Assembly: GCA_035267045.1 (NCBI GenBank)
Contig: DATFMH010000147.1
Coordinates: 5,798-69,797, forward strand
Direction: 5' to 3'
Length of the DNA stretch: 64,000 bases
Source: Balneolales bacterium
GTDB lineage: Bacteria; Bacteroidota; Rhodothermia; Balneolales; DATFMH01
Position numbers and translations under genes: made by a program. Of this stretch, positions 17,044-27,754 are shown one piece after another; positions within the stretch are counted from its first letter, which is position 1; every line of letters starts with the position of its first letter. Under the pieces are notes generated by a model. The model was not told the origin of the DNA. It did not search any database and worked only from the letters and a program-made list of their open reading frames with translations.

Positions 17044-18567
17044 TTATTTGGATGATGCTACACTATCATCACTGGCATTCGACTCAATAAGGCCTACTGT
17101 TCTATTAGTTTTAACAAGATAGGTATTGGCCACTCTTTTAAGGTCGCCCAAAGTTACCTTGTCAATTTTATTCAGATCAGTAAATAACGTTTTCCAGGAA
17201 CCCTCCTGGGCCTGGTTTTGAGCAACAGCCATAGCAAGTCCGAGATTAGATGACAAGTTTCTGATGACATCAGCCCTGGCATTTGTCTTAGCCCGCTCAA
17301 GCTCTTTCTCTGTTATATCGCCGTTTTTAACTTTTTGTATTTCGTCATCCATTACTTTTTCGATCTTATTCATCGGTACACCTTTATTGGGAAGTACATA
17401 AGTGATGAATAGTGAAGAGTACTTATCTCCCGGCAAGCCGTTAAACGCACCGACCTGTAAAGCAATCTGATCTTTTTCAACCAGGCGTTTGTACAGGCGG
17501 CTGGTTCTCCCACCCGATAAAATGGAACCTAATAACTGCAATGGTATCTCGTCCGGATTTTTAAGGGATACAGTATGATAACCGGCCAGGTACCATGGCT
17601 GGGAATTTTCCTTTAAAACGAAACGACGTTCGCCATTTTGTTTCGGCTCTTTTGTGTGCATTACAGGTGCTTTCGGTTCTTTAGGAAAACGGCCGAAATA
17701 TTCCTGTGCATATTTCTTCATAAGTACAGGATCAACATCGCCGACAATGGCGAATGTGATATTTGATGGCACGTAATAGGTATGGAAAAACCTGTAAGTG
17801 TCAGCTATCGTTGTTGATTTTATATCAGACGGCCAGCCTATTGCCGGTATTCCGTAATGACTTGCGGAAAAAGCCACGGTTAAAAAATTCTCAAGTAATT
17901 TACCAATCGGGCTTGAATCGACACGCATCCTTCGTTCTTCCAGGATAACCTGCTTTTCTTTGTAAAATTCACGAAAAACGGGATGCCGGAAACGGTCCGA
18001 TTCCAGGCTAAACCATAATTCGGCTTTATTTTCAGGCAGGCTGTAAAAAAACATAGTCTGATCCTCAGCTGTCTGTGCGTTCAGATTTACTCCGCCATTA
18101 CGCTGTATAACTTTAGAAAATTGGTTGTTATCCACGTATTGCTCAGCATCTTTTTCCACTTTTTTAAATGTTTTCCACTTGTTATTTAAAACGGTGGTAT
18201 CCGGATCAATTTGAGTTGAGTAACTATACCAGGATTTGTAAGCTGAGTCTTCGGCAGTAAGCAACGGTTTTTCTTTCTTCCAATTATTTGTGCCGATATC
18301 GGGAGTACCTTTAAATGCCATGTGCTCTAAAACATGAGCGATACCACTTTTCCCGAAAGGATCATTGGCCGATCCGGTATTGACATATGTTACAAAACTG
18401 GCTACCGGTGCAACATCTCGCTTAACGATGACAAAAGTAAAGCCGTTATCAAGTTTGAATTCGGTTACTTTTTTCTGAAAAGAAGATAAATCCTGAGCAT
18501 TACTTGTTAAAAAACTACCCCATGTAAAAAATATTATAAGCAGAAGGGATAAGTACTTTTTCTTCAT
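17044..18567 (-). CDS. M16-family zinc peptidase (pitrilysin-like), catalytic subunit type
   Basis: 507 aa with a signal peptide. It has the inverted zinc motif HVLEHMAFKG (HxxEH) and a downstream Glu region. It lies 51 nt upstream of the inactive-type paralogue. Confidence 0.85.
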   Translation of the reverse strand: MKKKYLSLLLIIFFTWGSFLTSNAQDLSSFQKKVTEFKLDNGFTFVIVKRDVAPVASFVTYVNTGSANDPFGKSGIAHVLEHMAFKGTPDIGTNNWKKEKPLLTAEDSAYKSWYSYSTQIDPDTTVLNNKWKTFKKVEKDAEQYVDNNQFSKVIQRNGGVNLNAQTAEDQTMFFYSLPENKAELWFSLESDRFRHPVFREFYKEKQVILEERRMRVDSSPIGKLLENFLTVAFSASHYGIPAIGWPSDIKSTTIADTYRFFHTYYVPSNITFAIVGDVDPVLMKKYAQEYFGRFPKEPKAPVMHTKEPKQNGERRFVLKENSQPWYLAGYHTVSLKNPDEIPLQLLGSILSGGRTSRLYKRLVEKDQIALQVGAFNGLPGDKYSSLFITYVLPNKGVPMNKIEKVMDDEIQKVKNGDITEKELERAKTNARADVIRNLSSNLGLAMAVAQNQAQEGSWKTLFTDLNKIDKVTLGDLKRVANTYLVKTNRTVGLIESNASDDSVASSK

Positions 18568-18751
18568 GATAAGTCATAATTAATGTTAATAAGTTACTTA
18601 TAGTAAACATGATCGTTCTTTTTTTTATAAAAACCAAACGTAATTTTGACAAGTGCTGAAATTTACAAGTGTCCAATGGTTGAGTTTATGTAAATATTCA
18701 GAAAGGCATATGATTTGGAGTGAATCAATGAATTAATAGAATCATCACACT

Positions 18752-19786
18752 TTACTTTTTAGAAAAGCCTCTTGCTGCTAAGACTGCGTGAAATAACTGA
18801 ATATCTTTAGAGTCATGCAGGTTCTTTTGAACAAACTTGTTATAAAGATTTTTATTGAGATATTGATGATTTACACAATAATGTTGTGCTAATAACTGTA
18901 CTTTGAGATAATCCCTTGCTTTATGTTCAGGGACATATTTCAACAGATTATTTATAGCTCTTCTACAGGTATTCAACTGACTCTCTTCATGGCTTATATC
19001 ATTTACTCCGACTGTCGATTTAAAGCTTGAATTCAGTTTCCAACTTGCGAAATAAATATGTATGAAATTGTTCAGATGTTGAGATTGACTGAGTAAGGAC
19101 TGCAAGCTAAAAAACCCCATATTTCTTGCATTGGACAAAATGGCATCACGTTTTTTCCTGAACATATTGTCGGACAGATAATATTGATCATTCAAATAAG
19201 ACAGGGCATATGTAAAATAATCACCCATGGTCTGGTATACGTATATATTGAATGGAGTACCGGAAAGATCTTCCTTGGCAATCAATATGCGAAGATTCGC
19301 CAGTTTCAATATATTTTTCTTTCTGGTAGCAGATGTGGAATGCCGGGCAGCATCAATGGCATTTTGTAAAATGCAGTTTTGTTTGTAGTAATACTGGAAA
19401 GCCCTGTTATATTCAGCATTTAAAGATGACTCAGGGGAAGAAACTTTAACATCTCCCGGGAATTTGGAACCATTAAATGCAATACGGATATGTTGACCTG
19501 GAATGGCGTAAATAGGATATGCAAAACTATGGTGCCTTATCCAAAGTACACTTGCCGTATCCAGAGGTATTTGTAAATGGAATTGGTGTTTATCAGACAG
19601 AATTATTTTATGTGAATATGGTTCATGATATGGGTTATGAAGAAAACAATGGCTGATTTCCAGGGTATCAGTCCCCATATTTTGAAGATGACCAGATATA
19701 ATAACACTCTGTTGCCTGTTATTACAGGCTGACATCAATAATATGCCTGTTATCAATACAATGATATGATTACGTTGATTAGACAT
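18752..19786 (-). CDS. Hypothetical lipoprotein
   Basis: 344 aa. It has a signal peptide with lipobox-like LLMSAC. No catalytic motif was recognised. The N-terminal part is His-rich and beta, and the C-terminal part is helical. Confidence 0.55.
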   Translation of the reverse strand: MSNQRNHIIVLITGILLMSACNNRQQSVIISGHLQNMGTDTLEISHCFLHNPYHEPYSHKIILSDKHQFHLQIPLDTASVLWIRHHSFAYPIYAIPGQHIRIAFNGSKFPGDVKVSSPESSLNAEYNRAFQYYYKQNCILQNAIDAARHSTSATRKKNILKLANLRILIAKEDLSGTPFNIYVYQTMGDYFTYALSYLNDQYYLSDNMFRKKRDAILSNARNMGFFSLQSLLSQSQHLNNFIHIYFASWKLNSSFKSTVGVNDISHEESQLNTCRRAINNLLKYVPEHKARDYLKVQLLAQHYCVNHQYLNKNLYNKFVQKNLHDSKDIQLFHAVLAARGFSKK

Positions 19787-20145
19787 GCTATGAATAGTAT
19801 AACTGTATTTTATTAGATGGATCTTAATATGGAATAATCTTTCTTGAGAAGAATAATACCCCTTTTTAGGTATAAACTTAACAGTGCATACATTTATTAA
19901 CTATTATTTACAGTTTTTGCTATTATGAATGGCTGTTATCAATAACAAATGAAATCTTTTTTAGATTTTATTACATAAAAGTAAAGCATAGGAGGAGCAG
20001 TGATTATCATAAGTAATTTTTATGAATTTGAGATACTGTAACATCAATGCACCTGCGTGGTTAAAACAATTTGTTTTTGATCAGATGCCGTTTTTATGTA
20101 ACCTTAAATTTTTAGTGGCAGGATTTATATAAAAATTTGAAAGAG

Positions 20146-21675
20146 ATGAAAACATCAAAACTATTCGTAATAATATTTATTCTGATCTTTACAATTAAAG
20201 ATGTAAAAGCTCAGAATTACACATTGATCACCTACAATGTTGAGAATTTATTTGACGCCGACAGTATAGCTGTTTTTAATGATTATCACACACTCGATGC
20301 ATATGGCAATCGGCAGTATACAAAAGAAGATGTTTTAACGAAAATTCATAACATCACTAAAGTGCTTAAACAGTATAATGAAGGCAAGGGGCCGGAAATT
20401 ATACTGTTTGAGGAGTTAGAAAGTGATTTTTCACCTTCTAAGACAACCCGTGATGTGAATGCTCAAAAATTTTTGGATAAATATTCAAATACTTCATTAG
20501 ACAGAATGTTGGGAGGCGGTTTTAATAAAACAATAGCCGATCTTCCATCGGAGCTGCTCTTATTAAAAGGGATGGCTGATGCTGGGTTGACCGGATATGA
20601 TTATCAGGCCGGATTTAGCAGAATGAAATCGAATGGAAAACCCATGCATGTTCAAAAATGTGTGGTATTTTCGCGTTTGCCTATTGAAAAGGATAAAACG
20701 AAAATACATCCTATACCGGATGCAAGGCCTATTCTTGAGGTCTGGCTCAATGTGAGAGGCCATAATTTGATAGTCTTTGCTAATCATTGGAAATCGGGGG
20801 CGAGTTCACCCGAATTGGAACAAGCCAGAATTAAAGATGCAATAGTATTGCGAAATAGATTAAATATTCTGCTCAAAGAAAACCCTAATGCAGATATAAT
20901 TATAGGTGGTGATTTTAACAGTAGTTATAACCAACTTACGGTCATGCCGGAGCTGAAGGAAAGTGCAATTAATACGATTCTTCAATCAACAGGAAATGAG
21001 GAAGAAGTTGACAGGGGTCATTCGAAAAAGGTTTATAATCTCTGGTATGAGTTGCCATTGAATAAAAGAGGTTCTGAAGTGTATCGCGGGCACTGGAGTA
21101 CACTTATGCAAATAATGATAAGCTCGGGATTGTATGATTATGAAGGTATCCAATATGTAGATAACAGTTATAAAGTTGGTTCGTTCGATGGATTGAATGT
21201 AGAATCGTATGATAATGCTCCGGAAAGATGGAGCTCAATCGGCAGTGGAAAGGGGTTCTCAGATCATTTCCCGGTAAGCATGCAGTTCAGGGTGGTAGAC
21301 GAGAATAACTTCGCTCAAAAAATGCAATTAAAGAATCCGGGTCATAACGATGATAATAAGTGGAAGCCCATTCCTGTTATAACGAAGAAACCAGATATGA
21401 GTCAGGCATATAAACCTGAGAAATTGGAAGATATATCACTTAGACAGGTAAAATATTTTGATAAACTATTTTATCTTGAGAAACCGATTTCATCAAAAAT
21501 GAATGTCCTGGTTAAAGGACAAGTGTATCGGGTTTATTCTAATAACAGAAAAGTAAGACAAACGCTTAAACAGAATGCAGGTAAATCGACAGTACTACAT
21601 TTTTTTGCACGGTTATCCAAATATCGAGATACGTGGGAATTTGTTATAGATACCCCTGATTATATATTAAATTAA
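20146..21675 (+). CDS. Secreted endonuclease/exonuclease/phosphatase (EEP) family protein
   Basis: The track gives TTG 20137. ATG 20146 gives MKTSKLFVIIFILIF, a signal peptide. EEP blocks are LITYNVENLF, FANHWKSG, IIGGDFNS and SDHFPV. A roughly 120-aa C-terminal extension is present. Confidence 0.75.
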   Translation: MKTSKLFVIIFILIFTIKDVKAQNYTLITYNVENLFDADSIAVFNDYHTLDAYGNRQYTKEDVLTKIHNITKVLKQYNEGKGPEIILFEELESDFSPSKTTRDVNAQKFLDKYSNTSLDRMLGGGFNKTIADLPSELLLLKGMADAGLTGYDYQAGFSRMKSNGKPMHVQKCVVFSRLPIEKDKTKIHPIPDARPILEVWLNVRGHNLIVFANHWKSGASSPELEQARIKDAIVLRNRLNILLKENPNADIIIGGDFNSSYNQLTVMPELKESAINTILQSTGNEEEVDRGHSKKVYNLWYELPLNKRGSEVYRGHWSTLMQIMISSGLYDYEGIQYVDNSYKVGSFDGLNVESYDNAPERWSSIGSGKGFSDHFPVSMQFRVVDENNFAQKMQLKNPGHNDDNKWKPIPVITKKPDMSQAYKPEKLEDISLRQVKYFDKLFYLEKPISSKMNVLVKGQVYRVYSNNRKVRQTLKQNAGKSTVLHFFARLSKYRDTWEFVIDTPDYILN

Positions 21676-21738
21676 AAAATAGCCTGTTGTAAATTATTTG
21701 CCGGATGTTCTGATTTCAATGATGTACAAGTCGTATAG

Positions 21739-23754
21739 ATGGGAAGTTACTTTCATAATCAAATAAAATTTATTGGTTTACTTTGTCTCGCCTTTATGTT
21801 AAATGGATGGGGTAAAAATTCATTGGCACAGGATCGATATCCTTTACCATCGCCATTACCTAAAGTGACCTATGGAGTTATTCCCGATACCATTCTTAAA
21901 ATGCAAACCTATTCGAATGATCCATCGGCGGATTATATATATGTTTATAAAGGTGTGGATATCCATTTTGAAGTAAACGCCAACTCCATATCTGCAATTA
22001 TTAAACATCATGTCCGTGTAAAAGTCTTCACTAAAGATGGCGAAAAGGCTTCTCTCGTTGATATCCCGTTTTATTTTAAGGATAATATCGAGCGTATTTT
22101 ATCTATCAGGGGAATAACGGTACATGAAAATGGATCACGTGTTAAATTGGATACTACCAAAATCCGTACGATTGGTGTCAACGACCGGTATAAGCTAAAA
22201 GAATTTGATATGCCGGCTGTTAAACCCGGTTCTGTTCTTGATTACACGTATACCATAAAACGTAGGTATATCGAAGAACTGCCGGATTTTTATTTTATGA
22301 ACACCGAACCCACACTCTATGCAAGAATCCGGTTGATCAACAGTAAATATATCCGTTATGATGCTACTCCTGTGAATATGAAAAATTCGCCACATTACAT
22401 TCAGCAAAAAATCGACACAAGCAATGTACCGAAGATATTTACGGTTCCACAGCCTCCGAAAGTAGTGATTGATAACTGGTATGAGTTTAATGTTCCCGCA
22501 CTGCGTAAAGAACCGTTTATAACTTCTCTGGATGATTACCGGTGGAAGATGAAATTTATTTGGAGTTCATTTGGCAACCCGAGACAGGTATTAGGGAAAA
22601 GCTGGGCTATAGTTGCTGCAGAAGTACGTAAACAAAATGGACTGGATGATAACATCCGGAAATATCCGGAGTTAGAACAAAAAGGGAAGAGTATAGCTGA
22701 TTCCATTTCAGACCCCAAAGCACGGCTTGATAGTGTCTTCCGATATGTGAATAAAGCGATTACCTACGATGGAAGTCCGGCCGTATTCAGTAAACAGGAT
22801 TTACGGGAGGTATTAAAGGGCCAACCGGCTAACCAATCGTCTATCAACCAGGCATTGATTGCCATGCTTCGTGGCGCCGGATTTGAAGCTAATCCTATGC
22901 TAATTGCGACTCGAAAATGGGGGAAAGTACTCAATCAATTTCCATCCCTGTATCAGTTTAATGGCATGATTGCTTATGCAAAGGTTGACGGGAAATCGTA
23001 TTTCATGGATGCAACAATAAAAAATAGTTATCCAAACATGCTGCCGGTAAAAATGATAAATGGTTCCGGATTCCTGATAAAAAAAGATTCCTATAAATGG
23101 ATTAAGCTGAATCCCGATAAAAGCCATTTTTCCATGAAAGTAAAAATTAATGCACAAATGGATACATCAGGGACCTTATCAGGCAAGATGACATCAGAAA
23201 ATTATGGCTATTTAGCCCAAAAAATTAGGAATCAGTACAATTCGAGTTTAAATAGTTTTGATATTGTTCATGAGGATCTATTCGGCAGGTATAATAATCC
23301 GGACTTTTCGCACATATTATTTAACAACCTGAATAAACTGGATAAGCCGGTTATCCTTTCTGCCAATTTTCGTATTCCCAATTATGCGATAAGTTATCAA
23401 TCGGGACTGGAATTGGAACCACTGGTTATTGGTTATATGATGAAAAATCCCCTTGGTGATAATAACCGTAATTTACCTGTTACTTTACAAGCACCGGAAC
23501 ATATCGAAGTTGATTTTCAGATGGAGTTGCCGAAAGGATATGATCTGAAGCAAGTGCAAAATGATGTAAGTACAGCCATACCCGGTGCCCGCCTGGCATT
23601 TAAATATGACTCGGGAAAACATATTTTAAAATATCATTTTATCGTAAGTGTCAACAGGAAAAATTTTGGCCAGGATCTGTTTCCACAATTGATAAATCTT
23701 TATGAGAAATGGGTCGATATCAGTAAAACAAAAATTTTTATAGATAAAGACTAA
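21739..23754 (+). CDS. DUF3857 / transglutaminase-like / DUF3858 secreted protein
   Basis: 671 aa with a signal peptide. The architecture and length match the Bacteroidota DUF3857-transglutaminase-DUF3858 family as I recall it. The call is made from overall pattern only. Confidence 0.6.
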   Translation: MGSYFHNQIKFIGLLCLAFMLNGWGKNSLAQDRYPLPSPLPKVTYGVIPDTILKMQTYSNDPSADYIYVYKGVDIHFEVNANSISAIIKHHVRVKVFTKDGEKASLVDIPFYFKDNIERILSIRGITVHENGSRVKLDTTKIRTIGVNDRYKLKEFDMPAVKPGSVLDYTYTIKRRYIEELPDFYFMNTEPTLYARIRLINSKYIRYDATPVNMKNSPHYIQQKIDTSNVPKIFTVPQPPKVVIDNWYEFNVPALRKEPFITSLDDYRWKMKFIWSSFGNPRQVLGKSWAIVAAEVRKQNGLDDNIRKYPELEQKGKSIADSISDPKARLDSVFRYVNKAITYDGSPAVFSKQDLREVLKGQPANQSSINQALIAMLRGAGFEANPMLIATRKWGKVLNQFPSLYQFNGMIAYAKVDGKSYFMDATIKNSYPNMLPVKMINGSGFLIKKDSYKWIKLNPDKSHFSMKVKINAQMDTSGTLSGKMTSENYGYLAQKIRNQYNSSLNSFDIVHEDLFGRYNNPDFSHILFNNLNKLDKPVILSANFRIPNYAISYQSGLELEPLVIGYMMKNPLGDNNRNLPVTLQAPEHIEVDFQMELPKGYDLKQVQNDVSTAIPGARLAFKYDSGKHILKYHFIVSVNRKNFGQDLFPQLINLYEKWVDISKTKIFIDKD

Positions 23755-23755
23755 C

Positions 23756-24469
23756 GTGATACAAAATCCTGATACTATTCTTGCATTGGACACAAGTACG
23801 AAAATCTGTACGGTCGCACTACGTACTGCCGATAATAAAGTTATATGTAAATGGGAAAAAGGCCAGGGAATTCACTCAGAGCTTCTGTTTGTGTTTATTC
23901 AGGAAGTATTGAGTGAAGCAGATATGTCAATAGATGAATTGAATGGCGTAATAGTAACCCGGGGCCCTGGTTCTTACACCGGATTACGTATTTCTGCAAG
24001 TGCTGTTAAAGGGCTATTATTTAATCGTGCAATTCCTCTTTATGGTGTTAATACCCTGGCTTATTTTGCAGAAGCCGGTTTTGGTGTTGAATCGGAATTT
24101 AAACGTATTCACTCTGTTATAGATGCCAGAAGGGTTCATCTTTATCATCAATTGTATGAAAACATATCGGGTGAATTACGTCCGCTCACTCAGGTGGCCG
24201 TGAGAAAAATTGGATCCCTTAATGACATCATAGAACCTGGTGATGCTATTATCGGATCAGGCATAAGTCGATTGCCTGATGGCCTTCTTTCAAATTTACA
24301 GGTGATGGATGATTCATTGATAAGAGCATCAGCTCTTATTACTATTTATGACAAGAATATTAAGTTAAACGGTTCCTTTGAAGATGATGATATAATCCGG
24401 ATAGTTAAGCCGGATGACTTTGAGCCAGATTATTATAACAAAAGTGAACCGCAAGTAAATAAAAAGTAA
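23756..24469 (+). CDS. tsaB: tRNA t6A37 threonylcarbamoyl-transfer complex dimerisation subunit TsaB
   Basis: 237 aa with a GTG start 1 nt after the upstream stop. Blocks ILALDTSTKICTVAL and VTRGPGSYTGLRI are typical of TsaB/YeaZ. Confidence 0.8.
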   Translation: MIQNPDTILALDTSTKICTVALRTADNKVICKWEKGQGIHSELLFVFIQEVLSEADMSIDELNGVIVTRGPGSYTGLRISASAVKGLLFNRAIPLYGVNTLAYFAEAGFGVESEFKRIHSVIDARRVHLYHQLYENISGELRPLTQVAVRKIGSLNDIIEPGDAIIGSGISRLPDGLLSNLQVMDDSLIRASALITIYDKNIKLNGSFEDDDIIRIVKPDDFEPDYYNKSEPQVNKK

Positions 24470-24556
24470 TGTATATTGGATTTGATGCCTGTATTTTGGC
24501 TTGTATACATATTCATTATCTTTATTACTCATTGGAATTAATCAAAATTATTAAAC

Positions 24557-25408
24557 ATGGCTTGGTTTAAACGCGACGAGACTAACATTAGAACCCGTAC
24601 CCCAAAAGAAATGCCGGAAGGTGTTTGGGTAAAAGTTCCAACAACCGGCGAAACAATTCACAGAAGAGAATTAGAAGATAATTTATGGGTGGATCCGTTG
24701 AGCGGGTATCATTTTCCTGTTGGAAGTAATGAATATTTTGCCATACTGTTTGATAATGGTGAATATGAAGAACTGGGACAGGAAATTAAGCCATCTGATC
24801 CCCTGGATTTTGAAGATCGTAAGAAATACAGTGATCGTCTTGCCGATACTCAACAAAAAACGGGTTTATCAGACGCTGTTCGTGTCGGTGTTGGCCAATT
24901 AAAAGGTATCGATGTTGTAGTCGGTTGCATGGATTTCAAGTTTATAGGTGGCAGCATGGGTTCGGTTGTTGGTGAACGAATAGCGCGAGCCATTGATCAT
25001 GCCCGAGAAAATAAATTCCCATTCATTATGATTTCACAATCGGGTGGTGCACGTATGATGGAAAGTGTGCTAAGCCTGATGCAGATGGCTAAAACGGCAT
25101 CAAAATTGGCATTATTGAATGAAGATAAGATTCCCTACATCTCTTATATGACAAATCCGACTACCGGGGGGGTTACCGCGAGTTTTGCCATGCTCGGAGA
25201 TTTTAACATTGCAGAACCGGGAGCTCTGATTGGTTTTGCAGGACCACGTGTTATCAGACAGACTATAGGTCGTGATTTACCTGAGGGGTTTCAACGCTCT
25301 GAATATTTACTGGAGCATGGTTTCCTGGATTTCATCGTACCAAGAACCCAAATGAAAAGCAAGCTCGCCAAATTGCTTAAGATATTATTACATAAATACG
25401 AGATGTAA
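24557..25408 (+). CDS. accD: Acetyl-CoA carboxylase carboxyltransferase beta subunit (zinc-ribbon cysteines absent)
   Basis: 283 aa. Blocks [30 protein letters not shown] and [12 protein letters not shown] are present. The four Cys of the E. coli-type N-terminal C4 ribbon are replaced by V27, T30, D46 and S49. Confidence 0.9.
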   Translation: MAWFKRDETNIRTRTPKEMPEGVWVKVPTTGETIHRRELEDNLWVDPLSGYHFPVGSNEYFAILFDNGEYEELGQEIKPSDPLDFEDRKKYSDRLADTQQKTGLSDAVRVGVGQLKGIDVVVGCMDFKFIGGSMGSVVGERIARAIDHARENKFPFIMISQSGGARMMESVLSLMQMAKTASKLALLNEDKIPYISYMTNPTTGGVTASFAMLGDFNIAEPGALIGFAGPRVIRQTIGRDLPEGFQRSEYLLEHGFLDFIVPRTQMKSKLAKLLKILLHKYEM

Positions 25409-25446
25409 CGGTTAGTTATCTCCAACTGTCAGTCAATCTAATAGCT

Positions 25447-27657
25447 ATGAAATCGATAAGAATAAACGCCTTAATGGTGGTTGGGGTGTTGTTATTCCTG
25501 AACCTGCCTCTACTGAAAGCACAAGAGAAAAAAAGTATTTCATTTGATAACATTTTTGACGGTACATTTAAACAGGAAAGCGTCCAAAAAGTTAACTGGA
25601 TGAAAGATGGTCGCTATTATTCGGCATTAAAACATGTAGGGGAGAACGGAACCAGCGAAATACGGAAGTATGATATTCTCAATGAAAAATATGAAATATT
25701 AGTAAAGAGTAACGACCTCATCCCCAAAGATTCAACCAATCCAATTCAAATAAATGATTATCAATTCTCATCAGATGAACATAAACTGTTATTAAAAACG
25801 GATGTAATCCATATCTGGAGAAGAACTACCCGGGCATATTATTACGTTTATGATTTACAAAGTCAAAAGTTGACACGGGTAAGTCCCGGGAACGGGCGTT
25901 TGTCGGAGGCTACATTATCTCCGGATGGTGATATGGTCGCCTACGTAAGGGATAACAACCTGTATTACATGAATCTCGATACCGGCAAGCAAACACAGAT
26001 TACAACCGATGGCGCGAAGAATAAGATTATAAATGGTTTGCCGGATTGGGTTTACGAAGAGGAATTTGATTTCTTCAAAGCGTTTAAATGGTCGCCGGAT
26101 GGGAAAAGAATTGTTTTTTACCGCTTTGATGAACGGCGTGTGCCTGAATATCAATTTCCAGAATATGGGGGGACATATCCTTCAGCAGTGAAATACAAAT
26201 ACCCGAAAGCCGGGTATCCCAATTCTATTGTGAAAATAGGAGTGTACGATCTGGGTAACGGATCAACAAAATGGATGGATATTGGCCAAAACACGGATCA
26301 GTATATACCGCGTGTCAACTGGACACAAAATCCTGAAGTGCTGGCAATCCGGCGTATGAATCGTCTTCAAAACCATCAGGACCTGATGTTAGGTGACGTC
26401 ATAACTGGAAAAACCCATATTATAAAAACTGAAACGAACAAGGCGTGGATCGATGTAAATGACGACCTGACTTTTTTGAATAATGGCAAAGAATTTTTGT
26501 ATGTAAGTGAGGAGGATGGTTACAATCACATTTATCTTTACAAAATGGATGGCACGGTCATCCGTAAAATAACCAAAGGAGATTGGTCTGTTACGAATAT
26601 CGCCGGCATCAATCAAAAGAAGAAAACAATTTATTATCTGAGTACGGAGAATTCACCTATCCAGCGACAGTTATACAGTATCCGGTTTAATGGAGAGCAT
26701 AAACGTCAGCTTACGACGAAACAAGGTGTCCATAATATAGACATGAGTCCGGATGCCAAATATTATCTGGATTATGCTTCCAACCTGCATTCAGCTTTGG
26801 AGGTAACGCTGCATGATGCATCTGGAAAACAATTGCGCATGCTTGAAGACAATAGCGGGCTTAAAAAAACGCTGTCGGAATATAATATGCCGGATAAGGA
26901 ATTGACGACCGTAACCGTTGATGATTCTGTCAAATTGAATGCCTGCATGATCAAGCCGCCGAACTTCAATCCTAATAAAAAATACCCGGTATTGTTTACA
27001 GTTTACGGCGGACCCGGAAGCCAATCTGTGATGGATCATTTTGGAACCGGTATGACAGATTTGTGGCACGATTATCTGGCAACGAAAGGCTATATCATAT
27101 TTTGTGTTGATAACCGGGGTACTGGTGGTCGGGGACAGGCTTTTGAAAAGATTGTTTACAAAAATTTGGGACATTATGAAGTTCACGATCAGATAGCTGC
27201 TGCTAAATATTTGCAGACACTGCCTTATGTCGAAGCAAACAGAATTGGCATTTGGGGATGGAGTTATGGTGGTTATATGTCGACTTTTAGCCTTGAACGA
27301 GGCAACGATGTCTTTAAGATGGCAATCGCTGTCGCTCCTGTAACGAGTTGGAGATATTACGATACGATTTATACGGAACGTTATATGCAGACTCCGCAGT
27401 TGAATCCCAAAGGATACGAAGAAAGTGCCCCGTTAAATTATGCTAATCAGATAAAAGGGAAATACTTATTAGTGCAGGGAACAGGTGACGATAACGTTCA
27501 TTTCGAGAATTCTGTTATGTTGGTCAATCAGTTGATTAAATATGACATCCCTTTTCAAACGATGTATTTTCCCAACAGGAACCACAGCATTTATGGTGGC
27601 AATTCCCGCCGTTATCTCTTTGAATTGTTAAGCCGGTTTGTTTTTAAGAATCTCTGA
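25447..27657 (+). CDS. Dipeptidyl-peptidase IV (S9B prolyl oligopeptidase family)
   Basis: 736 aa with a signal peptide. It has an N-terminal DPP-IV beta-propeller (DWVYEEEF), the nucleophile elbow GWSYGGYM, and the C-terminal GTGDDNVH and NRNHSI triad context. Confidence 0.9.
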   Translation: MKSIRINALMVVGVLLFLNLPLLKAQEKKSISFDNIFDGTFKQESVQKVNWMKDGRYYSALKHVGENGTSEIRKYDILNEKYEILVKSNDLIPKDSTNPIQINDYQFSSDEHKLLLKTDVIHIWRRTTRAYYYVYDLQSQKLTRVSPGNGRLSEATLSPDGDMVAYVRDNNLYYMNLDTGKQTQITTDGAKNKIINGLPDWVYEEEFDFFKAFKWSPDGKRIVFYRFDERRVPEYQFPEYGGTYPSAVKYKYPKAGYPNSIVKIGVYDLGNGSTKWMDIGQNTDQYIPRVNWTQNPEVLAIRRMNRLQNHQDLMLGDVITGKTHIIKTETNKAWIDVNDDLTFLNNGKEFLYVSEEDGYNHIYLYKMDGTVIRKITKGDWSVTNIAGINQKKKTIYYLSTENSPIQRQLYSIRFNGEHKRQLTTKQGVHNIDMSPDAKYYLDYASNLHSALEVTLHDASGKQLRMLEDNSGLKKTLSEYNMPDKELTTVTVDDSVKLNACMIKPPNFNPNKKYPVLFTVYGGPGSQSVMDHFGTGMTDLWHDYLATKGYIIFCVDNRGTGGRGQAFEKIVYKNLGHYEVHDQIAAAKYLQTLPYVEANRIGIWGWSYGGYMSTFSLERGNDVFKMAIAVAPVTSWRYYDTIYTERYMQTPQLNPKGYEESAPLNYANQIKGKYLLVQGTGDDNVHFENSVMLVNQLIKYDIPFQTMYFPNRNHSIYGGNSRRYLFELLSRFVFKNL

Positions 27658-27754
27658 TTTTGATTTTATGTAAGGTAGTAAGACTGAATGTATCTTATAC
27701 TCGGGTATGACTACCTCTAATTATAATGTTTAGTTATAGAATAATTATTATCAC

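Noticed and set aside
20001-20132. Mini-ORFs lie in the lipoprotein/EEP divergent spacer. One has 13 codons and follows AGGAGG plus GTG; the other has 36 codons and starts at 20022.
   Set aside because: They are short with unremarkable sequence, and there is no conservation evidence available. Such ORFs are expected by chance in a 350-bp AT-rich spacer.
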